Positions 39,255 to 55,050 of a stretch of DNA of 64,000 bases are shown piece after piece. The notes under the pieces were generated by a model. The model did no database searches, was not told the DNA's origin, and worked only from the letters and a program-made list of their open reading frames with translations. The first letter of the stretch is position 1; each line of letters begins with the position of its first letter. The stretch is from Eledone cirrhosa (lineage: Eukaryota). A program made the translations under genes and the position numbers. Location of the stretch: contig OZ024742.1 in NCBI GenBank assembly GCA_964016885.1, positions 257,362,001 through 257,426,000 of the forward strand, in the 5' to 3' direction.

Positions 39255-42110
39255 TGATCGTTTTATATCACTGATTCTGGCTTATGCTCTTACCACTTCT
39301 CAGAGTGTGGTAAATTGCTTACTTTGCATAGATGACAGTGGATCACCCTACCTATCACATCATGTCTCCAGCCTTTATAGTGAGTCTGGGCTAGGTGTTT
39401 ACACTCGGATACAATGTGAGCCAGGGTCTCCTCTCTCTCTCTCCACAGATCCTACACAGTGGGCTAGCCTCGTCCTTGTAAATATGGTGTTTCATCACTT
39501 CGTTCTGAGGGCCTGCTCTTGCGCAGCCATTAGCATTCCTTCTGTAGCATTTTAAAGCTTTCCCCTTTTTAACCAGTTCCATGTCTGTGGATCTCTAAAT
39601 TCAGTTTTCTCAAAGAAGCTACTATGAAGGGATTTTTCATGAAAGTTGCTCTACCTCCTTTTTGTTATTTCCTCCTTGGACATCCCCTGACCTATTGTCC
39701 TCTTCTTCAGAACAATCCTGACCATTGGCTCCCTACTGTCAGTCACATATTTGTGTAGGTTCTTTTTCTCCATCTTAACACAGTCCTCTATGCTGATAAG
39801 ACCTCTTCCACCTTCAGATCTCCTTAAGTAGAATCTATCGACATCACTCCTCTTGTGGAGCATGTTGTAGATAGTCAATAGCTTCCTAGTCTTCCTATCC
39901 ATTTGTTTTTGTTCAGCAACATTCCATCTCAGAATTCCTGCACTGTACCTAATAATAGACACAGCTCGGGAATGTACTGCACTTATAGCATTCCTACTGT
40001 TCAGATGTGACTTTAATACGCTCCTTACTCTCCGAATGTATTCACATCTTATCAATTCCTTCGTTTTTTTTGTACTTGATTCATCTGCCTCCAGAACACC
40101 TAAATATTTGTATCCTTCTTCAGTGTCAATTTCCTTTATCATCTCACCTGTTGGTCCTTGGATTCCGTTGCTTCTGCTCAATTTACCCCTCTTTATCACT
40201 AGGACTCCACAATTACTAATACCGAATTGCATACTTATATCATTGCTGAAAATACGGACAGTGTCAACAAGCACATCCAACTCCTTCTCACTCTTCCCGA
40301 AGAGCTTAAGATCGTCCATGAAAAGGTGGTGATTGATGGTAAGCTCTCCTTTTCTCAACTTGTATCATGCTCTCACTGTTTGCAGGGGCATCAGGGCAAG
40401 ACAAGACAACAGAGGTGACAAACTATCTCCCTGGAAGATACCTCTCTAGACCTTCACGCCTCCCAGGGTTCGCCACCTGATGTTAACTCTGTTTTCCAGG
40501 TCTTCATACCTTTGCTCAACAACTGCCTGATGTTATCTGCCACCTTGAAGATCTCTAGGCTTTTGGTTATCCAAGAATGAGGTACCATGTTGAATGCCTT
40601 TTTATAATCTATCCATCCCATGGCAAGACCAATGTGTCTCCTCTTGCAATTCTTCATTACCATCTTATCAATAAGTAACTGGTCCTTTGTACCACGGGAC
40701 TTCTTTCGGCATCCTTTCTGTTCGAACGGTAGCAAGTTGTTTGTGTGGAGGTGATGGTAGATTTCCTCAGACACAATGCTTGTTAACAGTTTCCACATTA
40801 CGGACAGACATGTGATAGGTCTACAGTTGGTAACATCATTACCCATAATTCGGTCTTTCATTACCAGAACTCTGGTACCTTTTGTCAACCACTCTGGTAC
40901 ATCACCCGACATCAAGCAGTCATTGAACATGGTTGTCAGTTTCGGGTGGAGGGATGTTATATGTTTAATCCAATACCCCTGCACACCATCTGGGCGTGGT
41001 GATTTCCAGTTGGTTAGGTTTTTGGCCTGTCCTTTAAGAGTTTCAACTGTGATACTCAAATCAGTTTGTTGGTGTGCTTGTTCACTAATCTCCTTTTTTT
41101 ACTGTCTCAATCCACACTGCCTGACCATTATGTTCAACACCCTGCACCCATATTCCTCTCCAGAATGTCTTGTCTGTTCCGCCTCAGGATTCAAGTCGTT
41201 GCCTCTTTCTTTCCCTTCAAGCTGTCCAAACAGCATCTGGTTATTGTCAAACATGCGGTTCTGTCTATACTGACTGACTCTGCTCTAATACCGCCTAAAC
41301 TTTGCACTTGTTGCTACAATGCGTTGCTTCAGTTCCTCTGTGATAATATTTAGCTTTTCACCCCTAGTTTTGTACTTTATTTCCAATCTATTTTTAGTTT
41401 CTATGTTTTGCAATGTCCCATTCAGTGGGGACACAAGCTTTCCAATGTCTTTTCTTATTTCCTTGATTTGACCATTCAGTCGTTTCTTCCACCTAGGTTC
41501 TGATCTTTCTTGTTTGTCGTTACCTCTCGCTTTTATGCCAAGTAATTTCCTCACCGCATTGGCTGTTGCTTTGAGGATACTGTTGCATTGGTGAAGGTTC
41601 CTCGCCTCAAATTATAGGATGACTTTGTTTACCTTAGGTGTTGTTTCTTTTAACTTTTTCCTGTCTACAAACTTAGGTTCATAGGTTTCCCACTATCATT
41701 GTTCATTTCATCTACCTCTAATTTCAGGATATCAACCAAATCTTGTCCTAGCCCGTAAGTATTCATTTCCACATTGGCCGTATCTTTGTTCCAGATGTTA
41801 TGTATCCGTTTCCTATAGCCTTTTTTCCATGTGGTTACTCTTCAGGTAGCATTCAATGACAGTTCTATTCAATTTTTTCGTCCAGTTGGTTCGTGTGCCT
41901 TCCCCCCTTCTTCTTCCTCCAGCACTAGCACTTGCTGGGTGAGAGACTTTTACATGACGTTCCAGTCTCCTCTTCACCGTCACTCGAACTGTTTAGGTTC
42001 GACATTTAAACACTCATATCGAGGATTGGTGAATGTATGGTTACATAACCATCGTTGATTTCCTCACTCCCAGTGATTTCATCACCCCCGGTGATTTTAG
42101 TGTGGCACCA
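39255..42110 (-). mobile_element. R4/Dong family 1 LINE, long decayed copy, 3'-truncated
   Basis: RPITCLSVMWKLLT, EQKGCRKKSRGTKDQLLID, WIDYKKAFNMVPH, HLFMDDLKLF, YKYLG, CRIC zinc knuckle; matches 28071-28230 and 29478-29780. The 5' boundary is approximate. Confidence 0.9.
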
Positions 42111-42411
42111 TCACGCTGTAGACGAACATAAATAAATAAACAAACAAATCGATACAAACTTAAACAAATAAACATAAGTTTCATCGTAATGTTTGAATAT
42201 CTGAGATAGTATCTTTTTTTTTCTTTTTGTTTTTCAAGGCCAGTAACATCAGTTACTAGTGTTGTTGTTGCTGCTGCTGCTATTTTTGATTTTAGCTACG
42301 AGGGAAGTAGGGGTTGTTGCGTTCAAAACTTTTGAAATTTGTTTTCCTTTTGTTGTTGCATTTGTTTTTGTCTGTGTTCCGTTCTGTAATGTTTCGACTT
42401 GTTGCTTATCA

Positions 42412-42578
42412 TTAGGGTCAGATGCCATGCTTTCCGGCATAGTTACGTCCCTTTACGATCTGAGTTCAAATCCCGCCGAGGTTGACTTTGCCTTTCATCC
42501 TTACGGGATCGATAAAATAAAGTACCAGTAATGCACTGGATAATTGCTGGCCTTGTGCCTAAAGTAGAAACAATTATT
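42412..42578 (+). mobile_element. tRNA-derived SINE family A
   Basis: B-box GAGTTCAAATCCC, conserved core and tail. Confidence 0.9.
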
Positions 42579-43445
42579 ATATTATAGTTTAGATTTGACC
42601 TCGTTGAAACGAAACATTTTGAGAGAGTTTAGAGATACAACAACAATAATTATTGTTATTTTTTGGTGTTGTTGTTAGCTGTTTCATCGGGTGACTAAAT
42701 CAGTCTATTTATATATTTTTATATCTTTTGGTGACTTCCCCGCTTCTAGTCATGTGCCGTGGCACTACTACCTTCCTTCTCTTAACATTATGTTATATTA
42801 TCAAATACTAAATATTATTAAATACTAAATAAAATCGATCTATGGAGCGCCAGAACGAGGCTGTTTATAATGCGCTGCTATAATCTTTAAATTTACTCCT
42901 GTTCTGTTATTTTGATTATCATTTGTCTCGATTGAAATTTGAGTTATACATATATTTTAAATGTCAGTTAATGAATAATGTATTAAGACATTTTAATGTT
43001 CTCGTTGATATGTAATATTCAAATAATCTTTTGTCTCTATCACAATACATTCCAATTTATATTTGCCATAGAAATGTTTCGCAATATTTAACTCACCTCT
43101 GTAAAGTTTTCATGGAATCCTGTCCTTCGGTTCTATGAGGCAGAATCATAAACACCAGTCTCTATAGAACTGGTCAGAAATGAATTTAATAAGCGGCTTC
43201 AAGACCATAAAACACTTCGTAATATGTTCGAGGAGAAAATGCCGTCGCTATAATGTTCACCGTTGAGCTGACACCTCCCTCTTCAAAAGTTCAGTTCAGA
43301 CAACAACAATCATGCAGGGCGAAGAATATTTGCATATGTGTGCATTCTTTAAATGTTTGAGAAAAGAACCGAAACAATTACACTGTTACATATTGTACCA
43401 ACATCGATTCTGACTGTCGAGACTTCTCCAAATATATATGAGACC

Positions 43446-43533
43446 TTCTTCTTCTTCTTCTTCTTCTTCTTCTTCTTCTTCTTCTTCTTCTTCTTCTTCT
43501 TCTTCTTCTTCTTCTTCTTCTTCTTCTTCTTCT
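43446..43533. repeat. (TTC)n microsatellite
   Basis: Directly visible. Confidence 0.95.
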
Positions 43534-45712
43534 CCCTGTCCTTATTTCCTCTCCCCCCCCTCCCTCACTAAAATAAATATTTGACTGTCCACCATTAGTT
43601 ATCGAGTTTTATTATTTTCAGTATATATTTGTTTTTAAGGATTGAAACGAATATATTTCTTACTGTGTAACGCTTACGCCATTCTACGCACATGGACCAA
43701 GAAAAGATTGTTTTAAAGGGATTCTGCACCAGTGAGAGGTTTCTTTCATACTGACCAGGCGTGTATCTTTACTGAAACATACACACGGACATTCAATCAC
43801 ACACACATGCATAAAAATACACACCCAACAGCAGAAACACACGGTACTTGTTGACCTTTTAAATTCAAATAGGAAAAGATATTTAAGAAAGAGGGAGTAT
43901 GAAAACATTAAGAGATGATTTATGTTTTGCTCAGAAAATGATTTAGCATTTATTAACATGTTCAATAATAGAAATATAACAATACATGTCCAATCCACAG
44001 TCAACGTCTCTGTTATTATCAGACGTAACATATTTAGTGATATTCTAAAAGCTGACAGCCACTCATTGTATTACATAATAGTATACCTTTCCTTGGGTGT
44101 ATCAATTGATATCCGTTTCGTGATATACTTTCATTATGCTATAATTAATTTGTTTTCGCTTCACACACGTTTCATGTGCAGAAATAGCCCTGCATTTTCA
44201 AATGTGTTTTATGTATTTTCATTGCTCAGTTTTAAATTCAATTGACGCAGAATGGGTGAAAGCATAGGAGATTGTTTCGCTATCATTTGATTTCGAATTC
44301 GATCCCATTGTGTGTGTGGCATCTTGGAAAATGCCATTTGATATAGGCCCTAGTCGTATCATGCTCTTGATTAAAACTGGATAGACGGAAACTATTCGGA
44401 ATTACGTAGCTGGACATGTTACATACTGTGTAATACTGAATGTCAGTAACAATTACCTTCAGTGGGCGTTAGACATGCCTGGTATTGCCCACCACATTTT
44501 AAAATACTCAATCATTCACTACATTTATCAACCAAGCAGACGTGGGTGGAGCTGACTAATTATGTATGTGGGACATCAAACTGGTCTCTATATTCGAATC
44601 CTAGATTTTACGATAATGTACCTTTAAATCAATGATATATACTATATGGTTATGTGACATAATTCATATTTTTATTCATTAACATTTTAATATATATTTA
44701 TATATATTACTGATCCTTGATTTCTCAACCCCCAATGGACAGGTGTTATGACATGCAGCAAATATTAAGGATTATAGCCTTAAAGCTGGTGATTTTTATC
44801 ATCATTGAATCTTGGCAATTTGTTCCTTCTAGAGAGAAAGAGGGATTAGTTTGATAAAGAGAGATATAGAAATGGAGAACGAGAATGCAATACTGGATTT
44901 GTAGTTCATATATCGAACCCGAAATGGAGGAATTGAAATTAGCCTCGGTGATATTTGAACTCAGCGTATGAATAGATAACGCAATTATTTAAACCAATGC
45001 TCTAATTATTCTGCTAAGTAGTAGCATTTTTAATGCATAAAATAGGCTAACATAGGACTTGAATGCTTCTCATATAACGTGAGATCGTGATATCGATAAC
45101 CCGTGGGATGTTTTATACTTGAGCTAGACAATATATTTCAACTCAGCAGATAAATCTCTATTGTACCTGTAATATTAAGGGTTAATCATGTCGTAAACGC
45201 TGTCATAATGGCAGTACCCGAGAATTACATTAAGTGAATATATGACGGTGGAATGCACAGCCATTTACAAGAAAATATACTTTAATTCTCTGCTGATTTA
45301 TGTGCAGAGAACAAACTGTATAACAGAATGATTCTCCAATGTGAAGCAACTACGCACACAATCGAAAGAGCTTTGATAATAACAAAACAAGACTTGAATT
45401 TCATACTTTTATTAAACAAACTTCGTCTCTATTCAATATGTTTATCTTGCTATTGACCATATTGGCTTCCTTCTTCTTGATTGTCGGAGCTATACAGCTG
45501 TTTAGATATGCTTCGGGAAATAGACATTAAATGAACAACTCATTAAACTACATCACATTCCATAATGCCCTTAATATAAAGTTGTATTGTAACTACACAT
45601 AAAACTCCGATGTTTCATTCAAAATGTATTCATCTAAAAACACTCACACACACACATGTATATAAACGTTCCATATACTGTAACGATTGTGTTGTTATTT
45701 CTGTTTACCTGT

Positions 45713-45818
<106 letters not shown>

Positions 45819-46802
45819 AATGTATGTGTGTGTGTATGTGTGTATGTATGTGTGTGAGCAGGTGTGTTTCTGTATACATATACATCTACATATATATTCT
45901 TGTGTGCATTTTAAAATAACTATCAAATAGATGTGACGACACTTTGTATAGCCGGAAATTGTAAAACAATTTTAAATAATTACACAAAAGAACTCCTTTC
46001 ATACGTGTTCCACTACCTTTAAACATGCCATATTCTGTGATGAATCTGCATAAATATCTCTTTCGAACTATCTAACTTTATAATGTTATATTCTATTGCG
46101 GCCACGTTGCAGCAAATTCTAAATGGATCTAGTGTATGTTTTTTATGTATTAATTTTTGTTTTCGTTTTACGTTTGGTACGTATATGACCGAAACTTTAC
46201 GGGTATAACACAATAAATAACACAATAATGTTGTTATTATATATGATCAGAAGCTGAGCTGGGCCTGAACAACAGCAATGGCCGATAAACATGCTGCCTC
46301 TAATTCATTCGATCAACTAGAAATAAAGAGTATATTTCAATCAAAACAGACTGTATCTTCACTAAGAACACAAGGCTAAACATTTAGTCTCTATATAACG
46401 TAAATAGTCATAGTTAAAACGGCATTAATCGTAGCACCTGTTGGACTAGTTTTTATTAACTTACATATAGACAACACAGTCGAACTAAATCAACTTCAAT
46501 TAACAAAGAAGAGACACTGGGATAATATAAATATATTAAACCATTACTGTGATTACTTAAATTAAAAGGCTACGTGTCTGTGGAATTTCAGGTACTTACA
46601 ACGATCATCGAAACCGACGGAGATCAATTCATTCACTGATCTAAACTGCATGACAAAAAATGTGTTATACATTCATGTCTCTGCATTATATGTAAAATCA
46701 AAGACAACGTTTCTTCAATGAATCAAATATACCAAATATAAACAAGACACGTCTAAATACGGACACACAGAGATGCACACACGCTCACACATAAACGTAC
46801 CT

Positions 46803-46850
<48 letters not shown>

Positions 46851-47515
46851 GCAGACACACACACATATATGTATATGATTGTTTACATAATCGTGTGTGT
46901 CTCGGTGCCTATGTAGATGTATGTATGTTATAAGCATATACGTGAGCGTGAGTCTCCGATACTTTCCGTGTGTGTGAATTGTATGATACAGATGCATCGA
47001 AAATATCTGTGTTTCACCGTTTTATTTTAGTCACAGGTGATGCAGTAGAATAGGCAAATCTACATAAGACACATATAAACTCACACGCATACACGCATGC
47101 ACATATATATGTACACACACACATATATATATAAATATATATATATATGTATGTATATATACATTTATGTTCTGAAATTCCTATTGAAATCAATACAGCT
47201 TTATGATATTCTGTATTATGTATAGTGTCTAAGTGTGTTGTTAGTTTGTTGCATGACACAACGTACGAGAAATCTAAGTACCTTTCAACTAAAACATAAA
47301 TAGACCCCGTCTTAATTACAAAATGTCGTGATAAAATAAAATCATTTTAAATTGCCTCCGTCTATAAATAAACATTACTATTTGTCAAATATTGAAGAAG
47401 TACTAAAGAAGAAATATATAATATTATTGATTTAAAAGACATCGGTGAAATTTAACGAGATGCAACCTAACTAATGCTACCAAGTTTTAGGAATAGACAA
47501 TTTTATTTTGATTCC

Positions 47516-47626
<111 letters not shown>

Positions 47627-48228
47627 TATTATATAATTGTGTGTTAGAGTCTGTTTCTGAATGTGAATGCGTTTGATTTGTATGTATGTGTGGATACACA
47701 TGTCATGTTTTATGTTCAATTTCAGGATTGTGTTGAATATTTCAATTTTAAATTCATATGAGTATTAGGGTCATTTGTAATCTTACAACATCTTAAAACA
47801 ACGACCGAATATAATATATTTTATTGTATAATAAAATTTTAATCAATATAATAACGTTCGATAATGTGCCTATTGCTTTTAGAGACCATATTCGACGTTT
47901 TTGTCTGATTGTCTGTAATAGGAAATTATCGTGTATAATTAGCATCTGATTTTAGCATGTTAGTAATGAGTTATATTAATTTTATGGTCCCCGGGATGCC
48001 ATTAGGACCGAATGAAATGAAAGCGAAATTATATTACGTTAATATCTATGAAATATTCTGGATAATAATTCATCCTAAGTGCAAATTAATATTCTAATTA
48101 TGTGCATATAAATGGGGTGCATTTCAAACAGAAAAAAAAAATGTCCTCATTACATAGAGATACTAATGAGGTATGCAAATGTGAGTGATTGTTTGTATAT
48201 ATATATATATATAATTTTATATATATAT

Positions 48229-48267
<39 letters not shown>

Positions 48268-48268
<1 letters not shown>

Positions 48269-48760
48269 ACACAACATTCTATCATGAAATGCCGTCAAAT
48301 ATAGACCACAACATTATGAAGAAGATCAACAAACTGTATGGCCGAACGAAAGTTCATAAGTCAAAAGAAATACAACTGGCAGTAAAAGAACAAAACAGTG
48401 AGTACATTAAATTACTACACCCAAAGACTTAAAACTTAGACCTATTATAGCTGGTCCAACATGCCCTACACACCGTCTAAGCAATGTTGTTGACATTATT
48501 TTGAAACCACTATGTATTCACATACACAGTTTCATCCGAGATGATATTAACTTCCTGTCCCATCTTCCCCAAACCCCGGAAACGAATTCACTTCTACTTA
48601 GTGTTGATGTGGTAAGGCTTTATACCAATATTACACAAGATTTAGTAATAAAGTCGGTTAAATACTGGGTGAAAAACATAGAGAATTGAATCCCACCAGA
48701 TTTACAGCGCCACATATATTAGACGCAGTCAAACTTATTCTGGAAAACAACATACACACC
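48268..48760 (+). pseudogene. Penelope-like reverse transcriptase fragment, (TA)n-flanked
   Basis: LYGRTKVHKS...LKLRPIIAGPTCPTHRLSNVVDIILKPL...SFIRDDINFL...LLSVDVVRLYTNI (PLE RT motifs), frameshifted. Confidence 0.9.
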
Positions 48761-48790
48761 TGTGTATATTTATTTATATCTATATATCTA

Positions 48791-48837
<47 letters not shown>

Positions 48838-49015
48838 GTGAGGTTTTTTTTACAAAATGAAAAATAACCGAGGTGTCCTACACGAGTCAAAGTATAAAGA
48901 AAAAGAGATGAAATCGAAAATGCAACTGGAGTCTTATTGTTTTTTTAAATATATAAGGAACCAGGTGGACCATAACGCACCTAAGTACTCAATACTTAGG
49001 GTAGTAGAGTGGGTA

Positions 49016-49126
49016 ATAGGAACAAGTAAGACCCCGACGGCTGAGCTCAAGCCGTTTCGACGACTAATTCAGTCCAGAATTAGCCGTCGAAACGGCTTGA
49101 GCTCAGTCGTCGGGGTCTTACTTGTT

Positions 49127-49204
<78 letters not shown>

Positions 49205-49260
49205 AACGAGTAGGACCCCGACGGCTGAGCTCAAGCCGTTTCGACGGCTAATTCTGGACT
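49016..49260. repeat. Triplicated ~55-60-bp GC-rich segment (A, inverted A, (TA)n, A) containing the 3' half of a hammerhead-like motif
   Basis: 49016-49070 pairs with 49077-49131; 49200-49260 pairs with 49071-49131. Confidence 0.85.
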
Positions 49261-49307
49261 AAATGAAAATGTTTAACCTTTAGCGGTTCCTTACCACATT
49301 TCCTTCG

Positions 49308-49396
<89 letters not shown>

Positions 49397-49431
49397 CATA
49401 TATATAAATTTCTATATATGTAATATATACT

Positions 49432-49488
<57 letters not shown>

Positions 49489-49535
49489 TTATGTGTGACT
49501 GTGTTTAGACACGCCACTCACTCACTCACTCACCT

Positions 49536-49611
<76 letters not shown>

Positions 49612-50774
49612 TCAAGTGCTGCCTATACATATACTTATTCAGAAAAAATAGAAATGAAATACTTTTAAATCAATACAATTTATTGAAATGACGTACGGTT
49701 AGTCATAGAGAATAAATTGATATATACTGACATAATAATTATGGTAACCTACCCTATAGTAACATGCCATTTTCATTCATTATATAGAATTTACTTTTGT
49801 GATAATGGTCTTCTGTACTCTGAAGAAAATGACTCGTTAGCAAAGGTTTCACTCACTTATAAAATGATGGTTTGGACTTGTTTGCTTTTCTTTTTTATTC
49901 CTCTTTTACTTCTCTAATCAAAATCATATAGAATTGCTGATTATTCAGCAATTTCCAAATGTTTGTTTTCTTATGTACTGTTGATCATCCTTACTTAAAT
50001 AGCTTTGCAACTGTAAAAGATATGCTATGAATTAAAATGTTTCATTCTCGTCATATTGTATAGCTAATTTGAAATCATTTGATAAGGATATGATTTTTAG
50101 TATCATATTCATTGGCAGTCTTCATTGTTCTCGGAAGAGTGATTTCTTGCTAATTGGGTGTGATTAACCGAAACCTATAATGACTTGAAAAATAAAATTG
50201 TGCATTTCATTTTTCTTTTACTAAATATTTGTTTAGATTCAAATTTCGTTTGTGCTTTGTCTATCGTAATCTAATTGTTGTCCCCATCATATGGTTCCCA
50301 TTACTTTTAGCTTCTGCAATAGGAAATGTTTAATGTTTATAAAATTTCATTTCATTTCTGTTATATATATTAACTTATATTATGGATGTCTTACGAGATC
50401 AAGTTGAGTATACTCACACTTTTCACAATTTTGTTACCGGATATCTCATGAAGTAGGTTCTATATGTATGAATTAATTAACGATGATTTTGAGGGATATC
50501 CTGAAATTATTAATTACGATACTAATTCAATATTGTAGAAATTATTTGAGGATGTTTGCAAAAGTCCTTCATACAATATTAACACTATGCCTAGCATCCG
50601 TCTAGCAGACCACAACTATGAAATCTTTTCCTTCCAATAAGAAGGTGCATTTATAGTTTTTGTATAGCATAGACATTTTGTTGTGTCCTTTTATTAGTAA
50701 TATAGTAATTCATCTCGTTATTGTACGAAATTATGTTAACATATTCTAAATGACCGAGGAAGCCTTTGTATTCG

Positions 50775-52027
<1,253 letters not shown>

Positions 52028-52034
52028 TGACTAT

Positions 52035-52145
52035 ATGTTGGTTGATTGTAGACACCTCAGTATGTAGATTGGTGCACTCGATGAAGTACGCACTTTGGTT
52101 CGGAGTAATGTAAAATAATTAAGTCAAATATGTAAAATATATTTT
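52035..52145 (-). mobile_element. Extreme 3' tail of the PLE family seen at 18080
   Basis: ACCTCAGTATG.AGATTG..GCACTCGA and CGGAGTAATGTAAAATAATTAA match 18080-18190; also abuts (TA)n. Confidence 0.65.
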
Positions 52146-52180
52146 AGATATCCTTTCTTATATATTATTGTACTATAGTT

Positions 52181-52371
52181 AGGGCTATGGATTGGCAGTA
52201 TCGGTAGAGAGTCGGACGCCATGCTTTCCAGCATAGTTACGTCCCTTTACAGTCTGAGTTCAAATCCCGTCGAGGTTAACTTTGCCTTTCATCCTTACGG
52301 TGTCGATAAAATAAAGTACCAGTAATGTACTAGTTAATTACTGGCCTTGTGCCTAAAGTAGAAACAATTAT
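52181..52371 (+). mobile_element. tRNA-derived SINE family A, near full length
   Basis: A-box-like TGGCAGTATCGG, B-box GAGTTCAAATCCC, conserved core and tail. Confidence 0.9.
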
Positions 52372-52769
52372 TGTACTATAATAAGTATTTCCATCGCGCT
52401 ATAATCTTGATGATATCTGTTATATCAGAACATAGATTACATATAACTAGACTTAAAATCAATTGACAGAAAAAAAGAAACGACTGATGACAGGCACATC
52501 AATACTGTGTTAAAAATATTCTTAGCAAACACGCTAGGGTGTATGCCATTAATTTCCTGACATGCTCGTCTAATCCCATTTGGGCTTTTCCACTTTATTA
52601 GAGTGGATCACATTCAGGAAGCTACAGAAAACCATCGACCCCCCCCCCGATGGTACGCTCCGCACTTCCAACTATTTTGGAAGCAATTGATATGCTTATG
52701 TATGAGACCACGTCGCAAATGAGGCGGTCACAGATAGAGCCGGATAGAGTAATCTCTGATTCACAATCA

Positions 52770-52990
52770 ACATATGCCGGAAGAAGATGATTGGTTTTGT
52801 GTTACGATTGTCGGTATAGAGACTTTTGAGGAAAACCTACGAATGTAAAGAAAGGATTTTACAAAGCATGGCAGTCCTGTTAAGACATAATTGAGTTCAG
52901 ATATGGGACACGCTTAGGAGTTGGACTGTGATAGGTCTTGCGACTGTGGAGATTGCAGGAATGTTCCTCACCCAATTCTCCTTAGCGAAC
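52770..52990 (+). pseudogene. Possible PIF/Harbinger transposase remnant
   Basis: WF...ETFEENLRM*RKDF and a downstream LAT/GDCRNV-like segment resemble the N-terminus of HARBI1-type transposases; heavily decayed. Confidence 0.3.
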
Positions 52991-53084
52991 AACACAATTT
53001 AAAGTAGTACGGGTTGTTTACATTTTGAGTACTCTGAACGGTTTGTATCAATAAATTAAAGGACTTAAAAAATAAGTATTAGAC

Positions 53085-53925
53085 CATGTGTTCAGGGAAC
53101 ATTGAGGTCGCATATGAGACGTGGGTCAGGCTGGGACTTAGCCTGATAGGTGTCCCTCCTATTTCTCCCCAAACCGTATGAGATGCCATCCAGTGCAGCC
53201 TGGCCTCAGACAGGATCACGCGCCAACACGACCAACAACGCCTTGCCTGTTTTCGCGTGGCCTCCAAACCACACAATGATGCCTGGCCCCATGCCCTGCC
53301 ATCCTTCTCCACTGGCACGCAGCTGGATAACGATAGCCTGCGCATCAGCGTTTCCTTGAGGCATGGACTCTGGATCTGCGAACCGTATAAATGTCGCTGT
53401 GGATCCACCGTGGACTCTTTCGTTCTCCACCCGCTTTCCTGTTTCCACAGTGTCGGCCAACTTCCAGGCCATGCTGCCCTCAACGAGATCATCGACCATG
53501 GCTTGGGCGCTGCAGGCTTCCCCTCCCAGCTCGAGCCGGTGGAGATGGACCGAGGGGATGAAAAAAGGCCAAAGGTATGACCATCTTCCCGTTCCGCGGT
53601 GGCAAACCCCTCGTCTGAGATGCCACTTGCAGCGACACGTTCTCCAGCCGCAATCTGGTGCTGTTTACGACTAAACCAGGTACTGCTGCACGTCGGGATG
53701 AGGAGGTCAAACTCTTCGAGTAACGGTTGCTCGCCGACGGGTTCACAGTCGTGTCCTTGGCAGTGGAGACTTCTCGTGTCCTTAGCCTCCCCCCTATTCA
53801 CCACCATAGGCAACGAGCTAGCCAACCACAGGTGTTAGCCTCACGAGTTGAAATGGCTCTTCCAGCGCATCTCCCTCACCATCCTCCAGGGAAACGCCTT
53901 CTCCATCCTGTCCGCTTGCTCACTA
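53085..53925 (+). mobile_element. CRE-clade LINE 3' fragment (zinc knuckle + restriction-like endonuclease)
   Basis: AWPHALPS..GTQLD..SLRISVSLRHG..CRCG..HPLSC....HAALNEII...EP..MDRGDEKRP..MTIFPFRGGKPLV*DATC. Confidence 0.85.
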
Positions 53926-54360
53926 TACGGATTTATAGGCAACGTTATAAACTACTATGAATAAATGTGTGTGTATCTAACAAGCAAAAAAAAGGACGTA
54001 ATTCGGCTCGCTTTTTTTTCCGGTTAGTGCCAGGAAACATCTACATGAACCAAAGTATTGTCTTCCTGTTTTCGAAATATTTCCTTCTGCGTCCACAGAT
54101 TGATTTTCTTTTAGTTTCAGAAGATCCCGTTAAGAGCGAAAGCAACGATTCTTTGCTTAAACTTTAATCTGTTCTTATAATAAATATATATATATTTATT
54201 AATTTCAAGAACGTCAGTATTCCGTGTGTCATAATTCTCGATTATCATTGGTTCATAGGTTTCAAATGACTCCTCCCACCTCAACGACGCCAAACTGAAA
54301 TTAATATGAATAATGCCAATGAGGGAATGAGAGGGGAGAGTGTGAACGCTGTGTTCAATA

Positions 54361-55040
54361 ACTATTAACATGTGTGCGTGTGTATGTACGTGCGCGTATG
54401 TTTATGTGTGTGTGCGTGCGGGCAGCGTTCCACAGAAAGTAAAAACTATCAACATGTGTGAGTGTGTGCGTGTGTAAGTTTGCGTACGTGTGAGCGTTTC
54501 AATGCGTGTATGTGTGTGGCGTTCCACAATCGCCACGCAGTTTATCAGTCTGTGCGCCTGTCTGTCAGTCTAACATACACAGTGTTGTGAAGGGAGTAAG
54601 TAGGGACCTTTCTTTAAATTGACGGACATCTTTTATATTTATTATTTTGTCATTTTTTATACACTATGTATATGTGTCAGTGTAGAGACGTGTGTGTGTG
54701 TGATGTGTTCTGGAAATAAGAGGGGAAGGAAAGCAATAACTATTAACATGTGTACGTGCGTATGTACGTGCGCGTATGTTTATGTGTGTGTGCGTGCGTG
54801 CAGCGTTCCACAGAAATTAAAAACTATCAACATATGTGAGTATGTGCGTGTGTAAGTTTGCGTCAATGTGCGCGTTTCCATGCGTGTATGTGTGTGGCGT
54901 TCCACAATCGCCACGCAGTTTATCTGCCTATGTGCCTGTCTATCAGTCTAACATACACAGAGTTGTGAAGTGAGTAAATAAGGACCTTTCTTTATATTGA
55001 CGGACATCTTTTATATTTATTATTGAGTCATTTTTTGACA
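54361..55040. repeat. Tandem duplication (~378-bp period) upstream of the second RepHel
   Basis: 54361-54660 matches 54739-55036 closely. Confidence 0.9.
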
Positions 55041-55050
55041 ATTGCTCGAA

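Noticed and set aside
43672-43775. Possible minus-strand host exon (TTTCAG acceptor, GTAAGC/GTGCGT donor)
   Set aside because: No recognisable protein similarity or partner exons; splice-like motifs are common by chance.
49855-49920. Possible minus-strand micro-exon ending in GTGAGT
   Set aside because: Stops in all three frames.
52181-52270. tRNA gene
   Set aside because: The A/B boxes belong to a multi-copy SINE head; no cloverleaf evident.
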